From contig NW_014040523.1 in assembly GCF_001186125.1 (NCBI RefSeq), forward strand, positions 1 through 54,347: a DNA stretch of 54,347 nt, read 5' to 3'. Each line of letters opens with the position of its first letter. The first letter of the stretch is position 1. The position numbers and the translations under genes were made by a program. Shown here piece after piece: positions 22,841 to 34,639 of this stretch. The notes under the pieces are model-generated. The model was not told the DNA's origin. It was given only the letters and a program-made list of their open reading frames with translations, and made no database searches. This DNA is from Sphaeroforma arctica JP610. Taxonomy: Eukaryota.

Positions 22841-24255
22841 CCAACAGCAACCAGAACAAGCGTGTACGGTGGGAGGAAATGTAGTGAAGGCGCGGGTGAC
22901 GTGGGAGTTAGCCCAATGGGGGAAGCAAGCCCAGGCAGTAGCTCGGGCCAGCCTACTCCGGCGGGGGTACCCATCTTAGCCTCAGCAGTCTAGAAATATA
23001 CAAGAGTATCTGTCAAGGCAATCATGTCTTTGTGAGTCGGTTTGTGTCCAAGTTGGAGCAGACAGCACCTGTGCCCATACCAACTCTGCACATGGTGAGG
23101 GTAGGCATATATTATCAACAGCCAGAGCGCTGTATGCCACTAGTGGATGCGAAGCTCAGACGACGATATGACCAAGCGATCAACGATTGTGTTGATGATG
23201 AGGAAGACAAACTCATCCAGATCAGTCTGTACATCAGTGAGCTATAGCTCATGCGTTCACGTTTAGGCGATCAGTTAAACGAACCATCTCTTAAGAAATT
23301 GTTTAAGACTTCTGAATTTCCTAAGATGCTTAAGGTAAATTTATTTAGAATGGAAACTGTGAAGATATCATAGAGTTCAGTACACAGTGTAGTGATCTGT
23401 TCTTAGCTAAGTCAATGCCTCTGTGTCAGTACCCAGCACTAGTGCGAAGCCTTTTGGATTCCACTGAAGCAACGGAGAAGACCAAATCAGTACTCAACAA
23501 TATGAGAGATTCTGAGACACACACATCCAGGCACTTCACCGATCCGGAGCAGTTCAATAGAATCATTATTGACCGACAGTAGACTATCTATTGGAGAAGT
23601 TTCTCAATGACATGCAGAATAAGAAGATGAACGTCGAAGTGTGCACAGAGCGTGTGCACAAGACAAGGCGATGTTGGAAGAGCGTTACCGCATCTCAGAC
23701 AAGCAACCCATATACTTACAAATCCTCAAAGTACAAAGGTACCTAGCACTTAAGTACTATGTATTGCAATCAGTTGTGGATACTCTCATTAAGGGAGACA
23801 GGCAACCGGGTGGGAGTGAAGGACACTTGTCCAACATGGACCACGCCAAGCTTCATACTATGACTGAGACACACATAAGAACAGTGGCTGTGACACAAGC
23901 AGAGCGTATATTGAGGGATCAGGTGCGAACAGCAAACAAGCGCAATAACGCACAGACGAACACGCAGGTTGAGGATAACTCTACGAATGCTAACAAATGG
24001 CACAAGCCAGACAATGGTACATACAACCATAACAAGCAAGGAGGGCATACACAGAAGAAGAAGGGGGCACGTGAAGAGTGTGCATGCCCCTACTGCTTGG
24101 CAATGCCATCCCCACATCGATTCAGTGAATGTCCCAACAAGAAAGCAAATCAAGCCAAGAAGGCTGAGGAGCAAGCCAAGAAAGATGTGAAGATAGCAAG
24201 ACTGTCCATTACGTCTGGCAATGTGGAAGACATCACCGAAGGTGATGAGCACTGA
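22838..24255 (+). pseudogene. Gypsy B gag
   Basis: Broken reading frames ending in ORF 23641-24255, which has a CX2CX6HX4C knuckle, upstream of the protease. Confidence 0.7.
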
Positions 24256-24389
24256 AAGCACTGGTGGGCGGATGCAAACACGATTGACCTGGCTGACAGA
24301 CTCAATGTATTTACAGATGAAGAAACGTTGTTAGTAAATGCAAATGATATAAATTACCAACCTTTATCTTTACTTCCCGCACCACGAGA

Positions 24390-26100
24390 CTAACGTTTAC
24401 ACATTGACATACAAATTAATGGTAATACATACAATGCACTAGTAGACTCGGGTGCACAACGCTCATGCATGGACAAAAGTGTAGTATCATAATTATATCT
24501 TTCTGTTAGAGCGCAACCGGGGTACATACAACTAGCACAAACAGATGCACGAATACAACGCACGGGATCAACAGAAGTTTGTGACATTAAATATGGAGGT
24601 AGAAAAACCTCTGTGGTTTGAAGTATTGGACTTACCTGAAAAGAAGACACCAATACTTATAGGTATGTACATCCTAGCATGCATAGGTATATACATAGCA
24701 GGATAAATCAATCCACAAATACCAACAGATGTAAAATGGGAATCGCTTTCACAGCACATGAAGAGGTCCCAGGGCATGAACAAGAAGGTCTCAGGTAGTC
24801 ACTTACAGACCTCCTGATATTCATTGCAACCTACCAGGCTCCATAGTCACAGTACCTGCAAATAAAATCAACGTCAGGCAAATGAGGCATGCTAAAAAAT
24901 ACATTCCGCAAACGGATGAGAATGTGCAACGATGACTTAAAGATGGCCACATATATATACGTGATAAGTCCACAACGGTAAACTTGCCGTTGTTATCAAC
25001 AGGTGAACATGACCAAACAGGTCTACTCAAGAAAGTCAAGACATGTCTAGACTTACGTGAGACCAATTATCAATATGAACAGGACAAGTCTGTGTTACCA
25101 AAGATAAAGGAAGTGATACACATCCTACAAGGAGCACAGTTCTTTTCAAAGCCAGATTTTACAGGAGGATTTCATCACTTTCTAGTAGATGAAGCAAGCC
25201 AACACTTCTTCACATTCTCGTGGAGAGGAGCGCAAAACTCATTCAAGTTCTCGCCGTTTGGACTACACTCACTCAAAGCACAATTCCAGAGAGTCATGGC
25301 TGCTCATAGATATCAAAGGAGTGCAAGTGTATGTAGATGACATAGTCATTGCGAGTCTTACAGAAGAAGAACACCGCAAGACAGTTCGTGAAGTAATCAA
25401 GCGACTGAATAGTGCAAACTTCCGACTCAATCACAAGAAGTGTGCCATTGCGGTCAAAGTGGACAACATTCTTGGGGTGAAAGTCGCCACACAGGGACTC
25501 AAAACAGACTCCGAGAAACATAAAGAATGATGGATTGGCCACTACCCAGAACAAAAGAGATCTGTACAAAGTAGTTGGACTAGCAAATTACATGCGAGAC
25601 CATGTCCCCAACTTTGCTCACACCACGAAACACTTTCGGAACCTAATGAAAAGTAAAATGAACCAGAATATATACATGTTATGGACTCCGGAACTAATCA
25701 GGAAGTGGGAAGAACTCAAAGAAGCAATCGCATGTTCAGCGACGCTAGCATATCCTCTTGATGGGGTACCGTTTCAAATTATGAACGATGATAGTGACTA
25801 TGGCATAGAAGGGTGTTTATTTCAAGTCATCGATAGAGTTAGAAGAGACATTCTCTACTTCTCAAAAAGCTTGAATCCAGCACAACAACGCTATGGCACA
25901 AATACCAAAGAGCTACTAGCGCTGGTATACAGCCTGTAACATTTCTCCGAATACATCAAAGGGGGGGACATAACACTGTGGACAGATCACAAGAGTCAAG
26001 AGACGTTACACCCAATGCTAGCCAAGTGGACAGCAAAAACGTTCCACCACCGCAAGGACAACCAGATGGCAGATATGTTGTCACGTCTCCATGAAGATAC
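24390..26100 (+). pseudogene. Gypsy B protease-RT-RNase H
   Basis: ALVDSGA, KTCLDLR, DFTGGFHH, SPFGL, YVDDI, DDSDYG, KELLALV, WTDHK, NQMADMLSR; many frameshifts. Confidence 0.92.
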
Positions 26101-26209
26101 TTTTAGTACTAAAGAGTCAAAGGTATTAAAACAGGCAAATGAGGCAACACATAATAGCCAAGAGTACACCACCTTGGAAACGAACATGCCCATAACCATA
26201 TCGGCCATA

Positions 26210-26606
26210 GACTGGATGTTACATTCCAGATTCTATCAAGAAGTGGAACGAAGGTTTGAGAAGTTCACAGTAGTCTGTTTGCATCGGCACACAATGCGCA
26301 CACAGATAAACACTACACCAAAGAACAGAATGCGCTACAACAAAAGTGGGCGCAGGAAGTCAATGCATGGGCGAATCCACCATGGGAACTCATACCTGAT
26401 GTCCTTGACAAAGTCATTGCAGAGGCAACCAGCATCACGATATGTGTACCATATTACCCCAATGCCTCGTGGTTTCCAAAGTTCTTGACTTTACTAGAAG
26501 AAGACCCGATGTCAGTGGAAAACACAAGCAATACGTTTTTCAGAGAGGGCAAGAGGGCTTGCGGCAAGACCCCATGGGGTGTCACGTTAGTCACAAAGAT
26601 AGGAGC
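26210..26606 (+). pseudogene. Dam-like DNA N6-adenine methyltransferase domain of Gypsy B pol
   Basis: DWMLHSRFYQEVERRF.../LFASAHNAH...NALQQKW...NAWANPPWELIPDVLDKV...ICVPYYPNASWFPKF...GKTPWGVTLVTKIG. NPPW at 26374-26385; one frameshift before LFAS. Confidence 0.87.
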
Positions 26607-26729
26607 TAAGTCTCCATACTTTGACTCAACGCGGGAACAACCTGCTATACACGTTGCAGCGTCAGAACCAGTTCACTCTGGAGAAACACCACAGGCAACA
26701 GAATATGAGACACATGTCAACATCATTTA

Positions 26730-28032
26730 GCAATACCACAACTTGGGACACTGCACTCCTGAGGAAACAGTACACAAGTTGCAAACAGATGGACATGATT
26801 GGGATGATATCCAACAACATGTACACAAGTTCATTGACGGATGTATACCATGTCTCAAAAATAAAATACACAAAAAGGGATTTCACCCCTTACAATCAAT
26901 TACAGCCGCATATCCAAGCGACAGAGTCCAAATGGACACCATAGGGCCACTATTGGATTCCAATAGAGGACACACATACGTGTTAGTATACCTTGACGTA
27001 TATTCATCGTACGCCATTTTACGTCCAATGATGGACAAATCAGCGGCTACCATAGCACACACACTGGTACCAATTATATGTGAACATGGATTCCCACAAA
27101 TCATACAACCGGACCAAGGCACTGAATATGTTAACAACATACTATCAAAAGTTGTTGAACAAGCGCCAATGTAACACCTAGACCTCATGTCACTGCTACA
27201 GAAATTCGTTGAACAGAATCCAGGTAACTGGTGTTCAAGACTTTCATTCGTACAGATGGGCCATAATCTGCGTACATCTAGACGACACAAGTCACCGGGC
27301 TCTAATGTGTACTTTGGTCGCAGACAGAATCAACTCACGGACTACAATGAGCCAGTGGCCGCACCCAGTACAACAGTATCTTAGGAAGAGCGACTGCAAA
27401 ATCTAGAAGAAGCCATCAGGCCACAACTAGAGAGCAATGTTGCACAGTATCAAGAGAAGAGGCGAGCAGCATTCGATCGAAAATACCAACAGAAGTATGT
27501 AAACTTCCATGAAGGGGAGCTTGTCTTGGTCCGCTATTAAGGTGAAATGAACAAGTTAACAGCACCAAATGGTAGACCATACAAAATAGTATGCAGGGAG
27601 GGCAACGGGTATATTGTCTGTAACCTTGATGGGACAAAAGCCTCAGAATATCCTGACTCGATCAGTGATGAGCTACTTGGCTTCGTGAAAAGGGCCAGTG
27701 CTCTGGAAGCATTTGCTTCCAACAATCACGTACAACCAAACGAAGAGACTCAGTTCTCATCGATAGTCGACGACAGGCCGTCCATCCGAGGTGATGGATC
27801 CCAGGAGTACCTACTGCAATGGACAGATGGTGAGCGTACCTGGACGCATGAATCAGACATCGCAGATGCTGATGTCATTACAACATACCGTCAACGCCGG
27901 AGACGTAAAAGAAGGCCGTCAAGGCCAAAGAAGCCAGCGACAACGAGCACTGGTAAAAGATCAGACAGACAGCGCACGAGACCTAAGCAAGTTTCACTGA
28001 TACCACAGGACACTCCCACTTTTCTCGCCTAG
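26730..28032 (+). pseudogene. Gypsy B integrase plus chromodomain
   Basis: HNLGH...CIPC, RVQMDTIGP, DQGTEY, GRPYKI (GPY/F-like), IVDDR...EYLLQWTDGERTWTHESDI. Confidence 0.92.
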
Positions 28033-28346
28033 AAGCATGCTCCCCCCACACACCAGATGGACAAGGACCAGAGACTCGGTTGCAGAGCCACCGCTGAGAT
28101 GCATTTTCTTAAGCCAAGTTGGGATCAACCGAGAGCACCGGTCAAGACTGACTCCGATGATCGTTGTAGAGGACTCCTGCTATAGTATAAATTTAATTAA
28201 TCGGTAATATATAATAGATTACGGTGTCAGGTTTTTCATCTTATGCCCCCTAAGGGACAAGATAAACACCAACCTCTAGACAATCTAGTACTGTTAGATG
28301 TCACTTTATACTCCTACGCAGGCTAAGAAGCATAAAGTTGGGGGGC

Positions 28347-28671
28347 TGTAACATCTAGGGACCAGAGTATCAAAAAGCCAATACAAATCCCAGAACCCAG
28401 AATCATCAAATACTGAGTTTTGGAATTAGGATTGTAATATTTCTGTTATTAGAGTCATCAGAAATATTATTGGTAGAACCGGTAATATATACCGGGACTC
28501 CCGCGAGTGAGAGAAACACTCAAGTAAATCCTGAGTCTAGTGAAAACACAAATAAAGACTCAGTTCGGTTCTCTCCGACTAGAACTTTTCCTAGATGAGA
28601 TAACCGTACTTGAGAAGAGGGATATTGTATCCTATTGTCTCGTACCTTTCAGCTACTCTCCATACTCTACA
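28347..28671 (+). repeat. Gypsy B 3' LTR (325 bp)
   Basis: Direct repeat of 20042-20366, preceded by a PPT. Confidence 0.96.
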
Positions 28672-28675
28672 AGGG

Positions 28676-30976
28676 CCGAGACCGGGGATGGTGTCACGGG
28701 TTGGCGCGGTGACGAAGAAACCGCCGGCGAGTTCAATAACGAATTGACCATGTTCTACGTTCAGCGGAGGTGACGATGGAAATTCTGCGCCGGAGTCGAT
28801 AAGATCAGTGGCGATGACGGATTGGTGGTAGGGTTCGGCACGGAATATATGGGTGTTCACATGGTAGCGCACTGGTTTGATGATGGGATCAGTTGGTGGG
28901 GGAACTGGTGGTGGAGGTGTGGCTGCGTGAGGAACCCCGTGGCTTCAGGCACGGCGACAGGCGGTGGTAGTGTGGCCTGTGGAATTGCGGCAGTTGTTGC
29001 ACTTGAGGGGACGAGGAAAAGTGCATTGCGAACCGGTGTGGGAAGAATCCCAGCAGCGGCGACGATTGCTGGAAGGGCAGTCATAGGCACCGTGAAGAGG
29101 CACTGTCGACGCTATAGGTGTTGCTGATACTTAGAATGGCTTTGCTATTGGTGGCGTAGTTGCGCATTTTAGTAACGATGGTGTCAAGGGTGTACGTGTG
29201 ATCAGTTGCGCCCATAATGTCCTGGGCGACGATGTCAAAATCGTCCGGGAGAGATTGCAGGAGGCTGCAGACGTGATAAAATTCGGGTGTGTCAGCATGA
29301 AGGCTTTTGAGTTGATCGCGAAGGAGGTTGACTTTGGCAATGCTGTCGTCCAGGGAGAGTTACTTGGGGAGGGTGACGAGATGAACGAGAAGTTCCCATA
29401 TGCGGCCGATGGTGATGGAGTTGAAATCGTCACAAAGGTGGCGATAGAATGCGTGGGGGTCTTGGTCTAGGTAAGTGTCGTATTGTTCTGGGAGGCCGCT
29501 GCCGATGGATTCAAATAAGATGGTGGTGCCGACGGTCTTTCGGATGCGTCAGCGGTGGAGGCAGGGTGCAGGGTGTGAAGGACGTCATGTTTCTTAAGGA
29601 TGTGCTTGAGTTGACAATGCCAGTTGGTAAAATTGTCGTATCTAGTAAGCTTCGTGGCAGGATAGTTACTGGAATACCTGCGGGGTTTACCGGTGCTGAT
29701 GCGGCTGACAGGGATGTTGGGCATCTGATGGGAGTCGTGGCGGGGGGCACCAAGGAGTGGAGAGTCCGAGCGAGATCGGGATGGGGTGAACATGGGGGTA
29801 GATGGGGACCGTTGTTCAAGCTTACGAATCTTGCTTTGGGCTACCTCTAGCTGTTAACAGAGGCTGTGGGAATCAGAGGCAGCGAGTTCTGCCTGAAGGG
29901 TAGTGAGTTCGTCATGGAGCTGTGTGGCGGCAGTGGTGAGGTCCTCGTTTTCGGTGAGGGCCTCTTGTAGAAGTTGTGCATGTTCGTGTTGTTGTTGGGT
30001 GAGGTGAGCGCGGTGTGTGTCGCGGTCATTGCGCAAGCGATTGATGTCGGCTTCAGCAAGGGCGTGAGTCTTACGGAGAGCGGCGTGGGTAGCTTCAAGG
30101 TGAGTGTCGGGGATGTAGTGGAGTGTTCCTGTGCTTGAATGAGTACAAAGCGGGCCTCTTCACGTTCTTCAAAGTATGTGTCACGTTCACGACGGATGTG
30201 GGCGAGGTCGTTTTGCAATGTGGTGTGTTCGGTGGTTGTTGTGATATTGATGTCTTGCATACGTGTAAGATTGCGATGAATATTATCACGTTCAATGGTG
30301 ATGTCGGTGTAACTAGATTGCGCCTGATTACGTTCAGTGATGAGGGTAGCGCGTTCGGAGCGAATGTGATCAAGTTCAGTGGCGAGCTGGTCGCGTTCAG
30401 TGATGAGTGTGCTACGTTCGTTACGGATGCGCTCAAGGTCATTAACTAGAGAGTTATGTTTGATGGTGTGTTGGTCGTAGTCAGATTGAGTTAAATCGCG
30501 GGCGGTATTGGCGGTGATACGTTCAGTGAGGATGGTGTGGCACTCTTGACGAAGGCGTGCAATGTCGACGTTGAGATCAGCAATGGAATCAGATTGTTTG
30601 GCAGATACATTGCGGATGGTGTCGAATTCAGTGGAAAGGTTGGCACGGTCGCGTCGAATGCGAGTGAGGTCGGATTGTGCGTCAGTGTTGGCCTTGTGTG
30701 AGCGGTTTCAATCAGTGATAGCGGATATTGCATCGAGTTCGGAAAACACAGCGTGAGCATCTAAGTATATGGCGGTGTTGTTGGCGGTGTTGTTGACGTG
30801 AGAGTTATCGTTGGTGTCAACAACAGCAGATATGATGGTGCGGGTAAGTTGGATGTGATTATTGGCGTGGGAAATATTGGTGCATGGCTGGAGAGTTGGG
30901 AAGAAGTCACGTTGAAAACGTTGGGCGCCCTCAAAGCTAAATCGGGATTTGGCCCGTGGGCGGAGGTTGACGCATG
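28676..30976 (-). pseudogene. Copia A gag-protease with a long N-terminal coiled-coil extension
   Basis: Heptad-like ER/RDE repeats at 29850-30760, a gag N-terminal motif, a degenerate knuckle (R)RRCWDSSHTGSQC, and IDSGA. The protease rejoins across Gypsy B as TIPGLGP|ALVLPDASQPILCVRKM. Confidence 0.8.
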
Positions 30977-31183
30977 GTGATGTATGAGATGGAACTAGAG
31001 GAGCAGCGGTGGTGCAGAGGTGGTGAGATCAGAGGATCGGCAGAGTTGGTGAGCTCAGAATATCAGAGGTGGTGAGATTAGAAGATCAGAGGTGATGAGA
31101 TCGGAGAGATATTGTGATCAAGAGATCAGGGGTGGAACTCTAAGCGATGTATATATGGAATATAAATAATTATATTCGATATA

Positions 31184-31194
31184 GGCCCATAACC
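31184..31194 (-). promoter_or_regulatory. Copia primer-binding site GGTTATGGGCC (half-tRNAiMet type)
   Basis: Immediately follows the LTR end ...CCAACA (31195); matches the Drosophila copia-type PBS, which is complementary to an internal tRNAiMet segment. Confidence 0.85.
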
Positions 31195-31311
31195 TGTTGG
31201 AACATATATTTGCTTAACGAAGTAACTTTATTATCATATTACATATTGGCTATAAANNNNNNNNNNNNNNNNNNNNGTTAAGCTAATACCCGGGACACTC
31301 AGGGTTAGTAT

Positions 31312-31692
31312 AACTATGACGGATAACCTGGTCCTACTCGGCATTTCGTACTCTGCACTTACCCATTCCACGGCACTACACGATGCAGACCCGATTCGTA
31401 CCACAGAGGTGGGTACGCTATATAGTAGGTCAGCAAGCAAATACGGGCACTCGAGGGTGTAATTATTTTGTCAGCACCGGCCTGAGATGACCCAGCGCAT
31501 ATCCTCCATCGTCGATTCACTTGGCCCACGCTTCAAGTAGGAATTTACTGATCACTTTTCCCATCGATCTTCCCCGAACCACTACAACGGCTATGAGAGT
31601 CATACCATATGTATATACATTTTGTAACTTATTCTTTGAAAAATTTCATTTTTTTTCCTACGTATATGTTTGTTTCAACGAATAGAACCCTT
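31312..31692 (+). mobile_element. 3' UTR fragment of the LINE family at 7319-10610
   Basis: Collinear with the reverse complement of ~7330-7668. Confidence 0.9.
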
Positions 31693-33050
31693 TGTTGTAC
31701 CAAGTGGAGAGTAACTTTATTTACACATCTACTGAGAGTTTTATATGCATGTACCTCCACGACTTTACGTATCCATACGTAAGTTTTAAATACATGTCAC
31801 TAATTGAAAATGAACCTATTTGACACCTTATAACACCTGTCATTCTATAGTTCTCCTCTGTGTACCGAACTGTAGCTGTATCTGAGAAGACTGATGACAG
31901 TGTTGTTTTGACCAAGCACTCCCCTAAATCCGGTAGTGTATCAGGTATCTTTGAGAATACAATCTACAGTGAGCTTATGTAGTATTCTGTTTTTTTTTTT
32001 AGATTGTTTCCTATTGATTCTGGTGGGACAAGGATATCGGGGTCGGCAGTGAACGTGGAGCTTGTGTGGCGGGAATGTGTCGGCTGAGGTGTGTTTTTTG
32101 GTTAATATGTCAGCTATGTTATCATGTGTATTAATATACTGTGGACAGATGACACCTTGTGTGTGAAGATCCCGTATGTTGTGAATACGAAGATCTACAT
32201 ATTTGAGGTGCTTGTTTGTGCCTGCATTGTTGATGACATGAATTGTCGATTGATTGTCACAACGTGGGGGTGTGGGCTTGGTCTGTGTAGACCTCATCTC
32301 GCTTAAGATATTGCGGAGCCATTGAATACTTTGGGATGCTTCTGACGCCGCGTAGTATTCTGCTTCAGCTGTACTGGTCGTGATGGTCCTGTTCTTCTGA
32401 CGTTTCGACTTCCAGATATCAGGGACGCCATTGATGCGAAGGACATAACCGCTGGTGGATCCTCGTGTGTCAGGGCAAGCATTATAGTTAGCATCGACGT
32501 AGGCGTCAAGAAAGGGGGCTTTTACAGGTTAAACTAAGATTGTGTGTACCTTTAATGTATCGAAGTATACGAACTGCCGCGGTACAGTGGCCAAGGGTTG
32601 GATTTGCCATACAGTATTGGGCCACAGAGTGTTGAGCTGGTACGATATATCAGACCGAGTGAGGACAGAAAGATACTGAAGGGTCCCAATTATTTATCTG
32701 TATGAGCAGGAGTGGCGTGAACCGTCGTTAATGTATATTATGGATAGTGTGGTTGCGTAGGTCATAGGTGCCGAACTTATGGAGGCACGTCAATTCGCGC
32801 TCGATAGCTTCTCGCCAAAGATCAGCATTGTCACCACGAAGAACCTCTCTGATGGTTGTAGGTGTAAGTGGGTGTTCCTGAATGGCTGCGCAGACCGTGT
32901 ACAGTGCATCAACAGTCTCATTGTACATGGCTTGGTTGCAAGTATGTGTTGTATTGGACGATGATAGCGTACGGGGTCGTACTAATACGGACGAGAATGT
33001 CATCAGGTGGGTTGGCATCAGAAGTAAGGTGTGGTGGTCGTTGACTGAGT
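31693..33050 (-). mobile_element. Second Copia remnant (RT/RNase H pieces, PPT, probable 3' LTR 31693-31918)
   Basis: WREAIEREL..L, DAYVDANY, STAEAEY, CDNQSTI, KYVDLR, NIADILTK; minus-strand AGGGGAG|TG at 31925-31917. The LTR left end is uncertain. Confidence 0.8.
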
Positions 33051-33109
33051 GATGTATACTTTTAACATATCGTTATATTACCCAGTCTATGTATATAATT
33101 TTTATTAGA

Positions 33110-34638
33110 ACATTTCCATAAGATATTGTATCATACACTCCTTAGCAACCGTCACGCGCGCATGCAGAAGAGACGCAGCCCCGGCTTGACACACCATCGA
33201 CTCAGGCTGTCGACTCTCACGTGTTTGAATCCGCTTCCGATATACTGGAACCATATTCGGATCGTCGAAAGTATGTGCTGTCACCAATGTTTGAGAGCCT
33301 CTCAACCAGCGTACCAAGTAGTGGTTTTGTAGTTTTGGTCGTCGCCCCCTGTGCGAGTATCGTCACTATGCCACCCGTCTTAAATTCGATCAAATCAAAC
33401 TTACACAGGTCAGTAGCCTCCGCCATAGCAGCAGTATACTGTATCGTTTCTGATGAAGTTTCAGCTAATCTATTAAATTCATCCAACCGCTTTAACCATA
33501 CATCATTCGTCATATGAACATGACCAGGTAAGTCATTAGGTTATGTTAGCGAACGGTATAACATGGCGGGAATCAAAATAAACACTGATTGGTGCCGACT
33601 TGTGAAGACATGATATCCAAAGGTTCTGGTAAAGCATAGTAAACGGTAGACGATCATCTCACAGTTCCGGGCAGCCAACACATAGTGCGCGCGCACATTT
33701 GTGAATTTCTTTGTGCCGTCGCTACGCCGCACCCAAGGTCTGAGGACGTCTTGTGTATAATTCCGAGTGCCCCGTGTAATAGCCTTCACGATATTATTCA
33801 CAAATTCAGTACCCTCATCACTCTGAATCTTAGAGGAAACCCATGCTCACCAAACACCGATACTAATTATGTCGTCACCGTTTTTGCATCCTTCGCAGGT
33901 ATCGTCCAAAGTATAGAGTACCCCGACGCTACATCCAATATATGTAAAATAAACTTGTTGCCCTTAGTAGATGTGACCACCATGGTAATGAGATTCATTT
34001 GTATGTAATACCAAATAATTGTACTGTGATGTACTACTCATTAAAGAGTGGAAGCCCTTCTTCATGGTGTCATTGCCTAAGCATGTACGACATGCTTTAC
34101 GGACCTTTTCCGTAATCGGAACCATCTAGTCCCAATTATGTCCGTCATCCTTCACCTGTTGTACAGTAACCGCCGGTGAAGGGTGCTCTTGTTTATGAAA
34201 TTGCCACGCCAACTGCACCCAATTACCGTAGCCCGCGCACATACCTCAGGGACTTGTTCAGAGATCTGTCGCATCACCGGTTGTGCCCAATTCTCTGGAT
34301 AACGCGTACTAGCCTCCTCACATACAGGTATCTCTAACCTCAAATTGCACCAAAACGATGAATTGACCTTGTAGCCCGAGTGAGGCCCAATCCGGACAAC
34401 AATAGTATGCTCCCACGGGTACTTACCACAGGCCTGTGTGCCATATTTGTGCCGTGCGTGGAATCAGTAGCGGGTCCGTCTGCATCATCGATAAGCGCAA
34501 TGGAAACGACAGCGCACGTGTGTTCAACGGCGAAAACATTATGGCAGACGTATTGTCTGTCAACACCTTGCGTAGTACCTTATATATAAGGCGCCTTGGT
34601 GGATTCATCCATGCATAGTATTTACTCCAATCAAATTC
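33110..34638 (-). mobile_element. Gypsy element D remnant (MTase C-half plus integrase)
   Basis: HKQEH..VKDDGHNWD...CRTC...KKGFHSL...KIQSDEGTEFVNNI, homologous to the Gypsy B integrase. Confidence 0.82.
34380..34638 (-). pseudogene. Dam-like adenine methyltransferase domain (C-terminal half) of Gypsy D
   Basis: FDWSKYYAWMNPPRRLIYKVLRKV...SAIMFSP...DPLLI/..ACGKYPWEHTIVVRIGP. NPP(R) at 34594-34605 (AGG, one change from TGG). Confidence 0.8.
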
Positions 34639-34639
34639 A

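Larger units (their letters stand above)
20042..28671 (+). mobile_element. Full-length decayed Ty3/Gypsy chromovirus-like element B with paired LTRs and 4-bp TSD AGGG
   Basis: LTRs at 20042-20366 and 28347-28671; AGGG at 20038-20041 and 28672-28675; PPT gggggg at 28340. gag knuckle CPYCLAMPSPHRFSEC, PR LVDSGA, RT YVDD, RH DDSDYG..KELLA, MTase, INT H..H/CIPC..QMDT..DQGTEY, chromodomain. Confidence 0.96.
16122..31256 (-). mobile_element. Ty1/Copia element A (decayed), interrupted by Gypsy B; 5' LTR runs into the N gap
   Basis: Copia order gag-PR-INT-RT-RH: gag KLTRYDNFTNWHCQLKHIL (~29600); PR IDSGA (~28790); pre-integrase HHARFGH (~19820); INT ...NGGVERAHQT..MWAEA; RT KARLVTRGF, QMDVNTSFL, LYSLKQSG, YVDDL; RH YADSDYA, STAEAEY, KHVDIR, ADTLTK. 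PBS at 31184-31194; PPT-like sequence at 16122. Confidence 0.92.
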
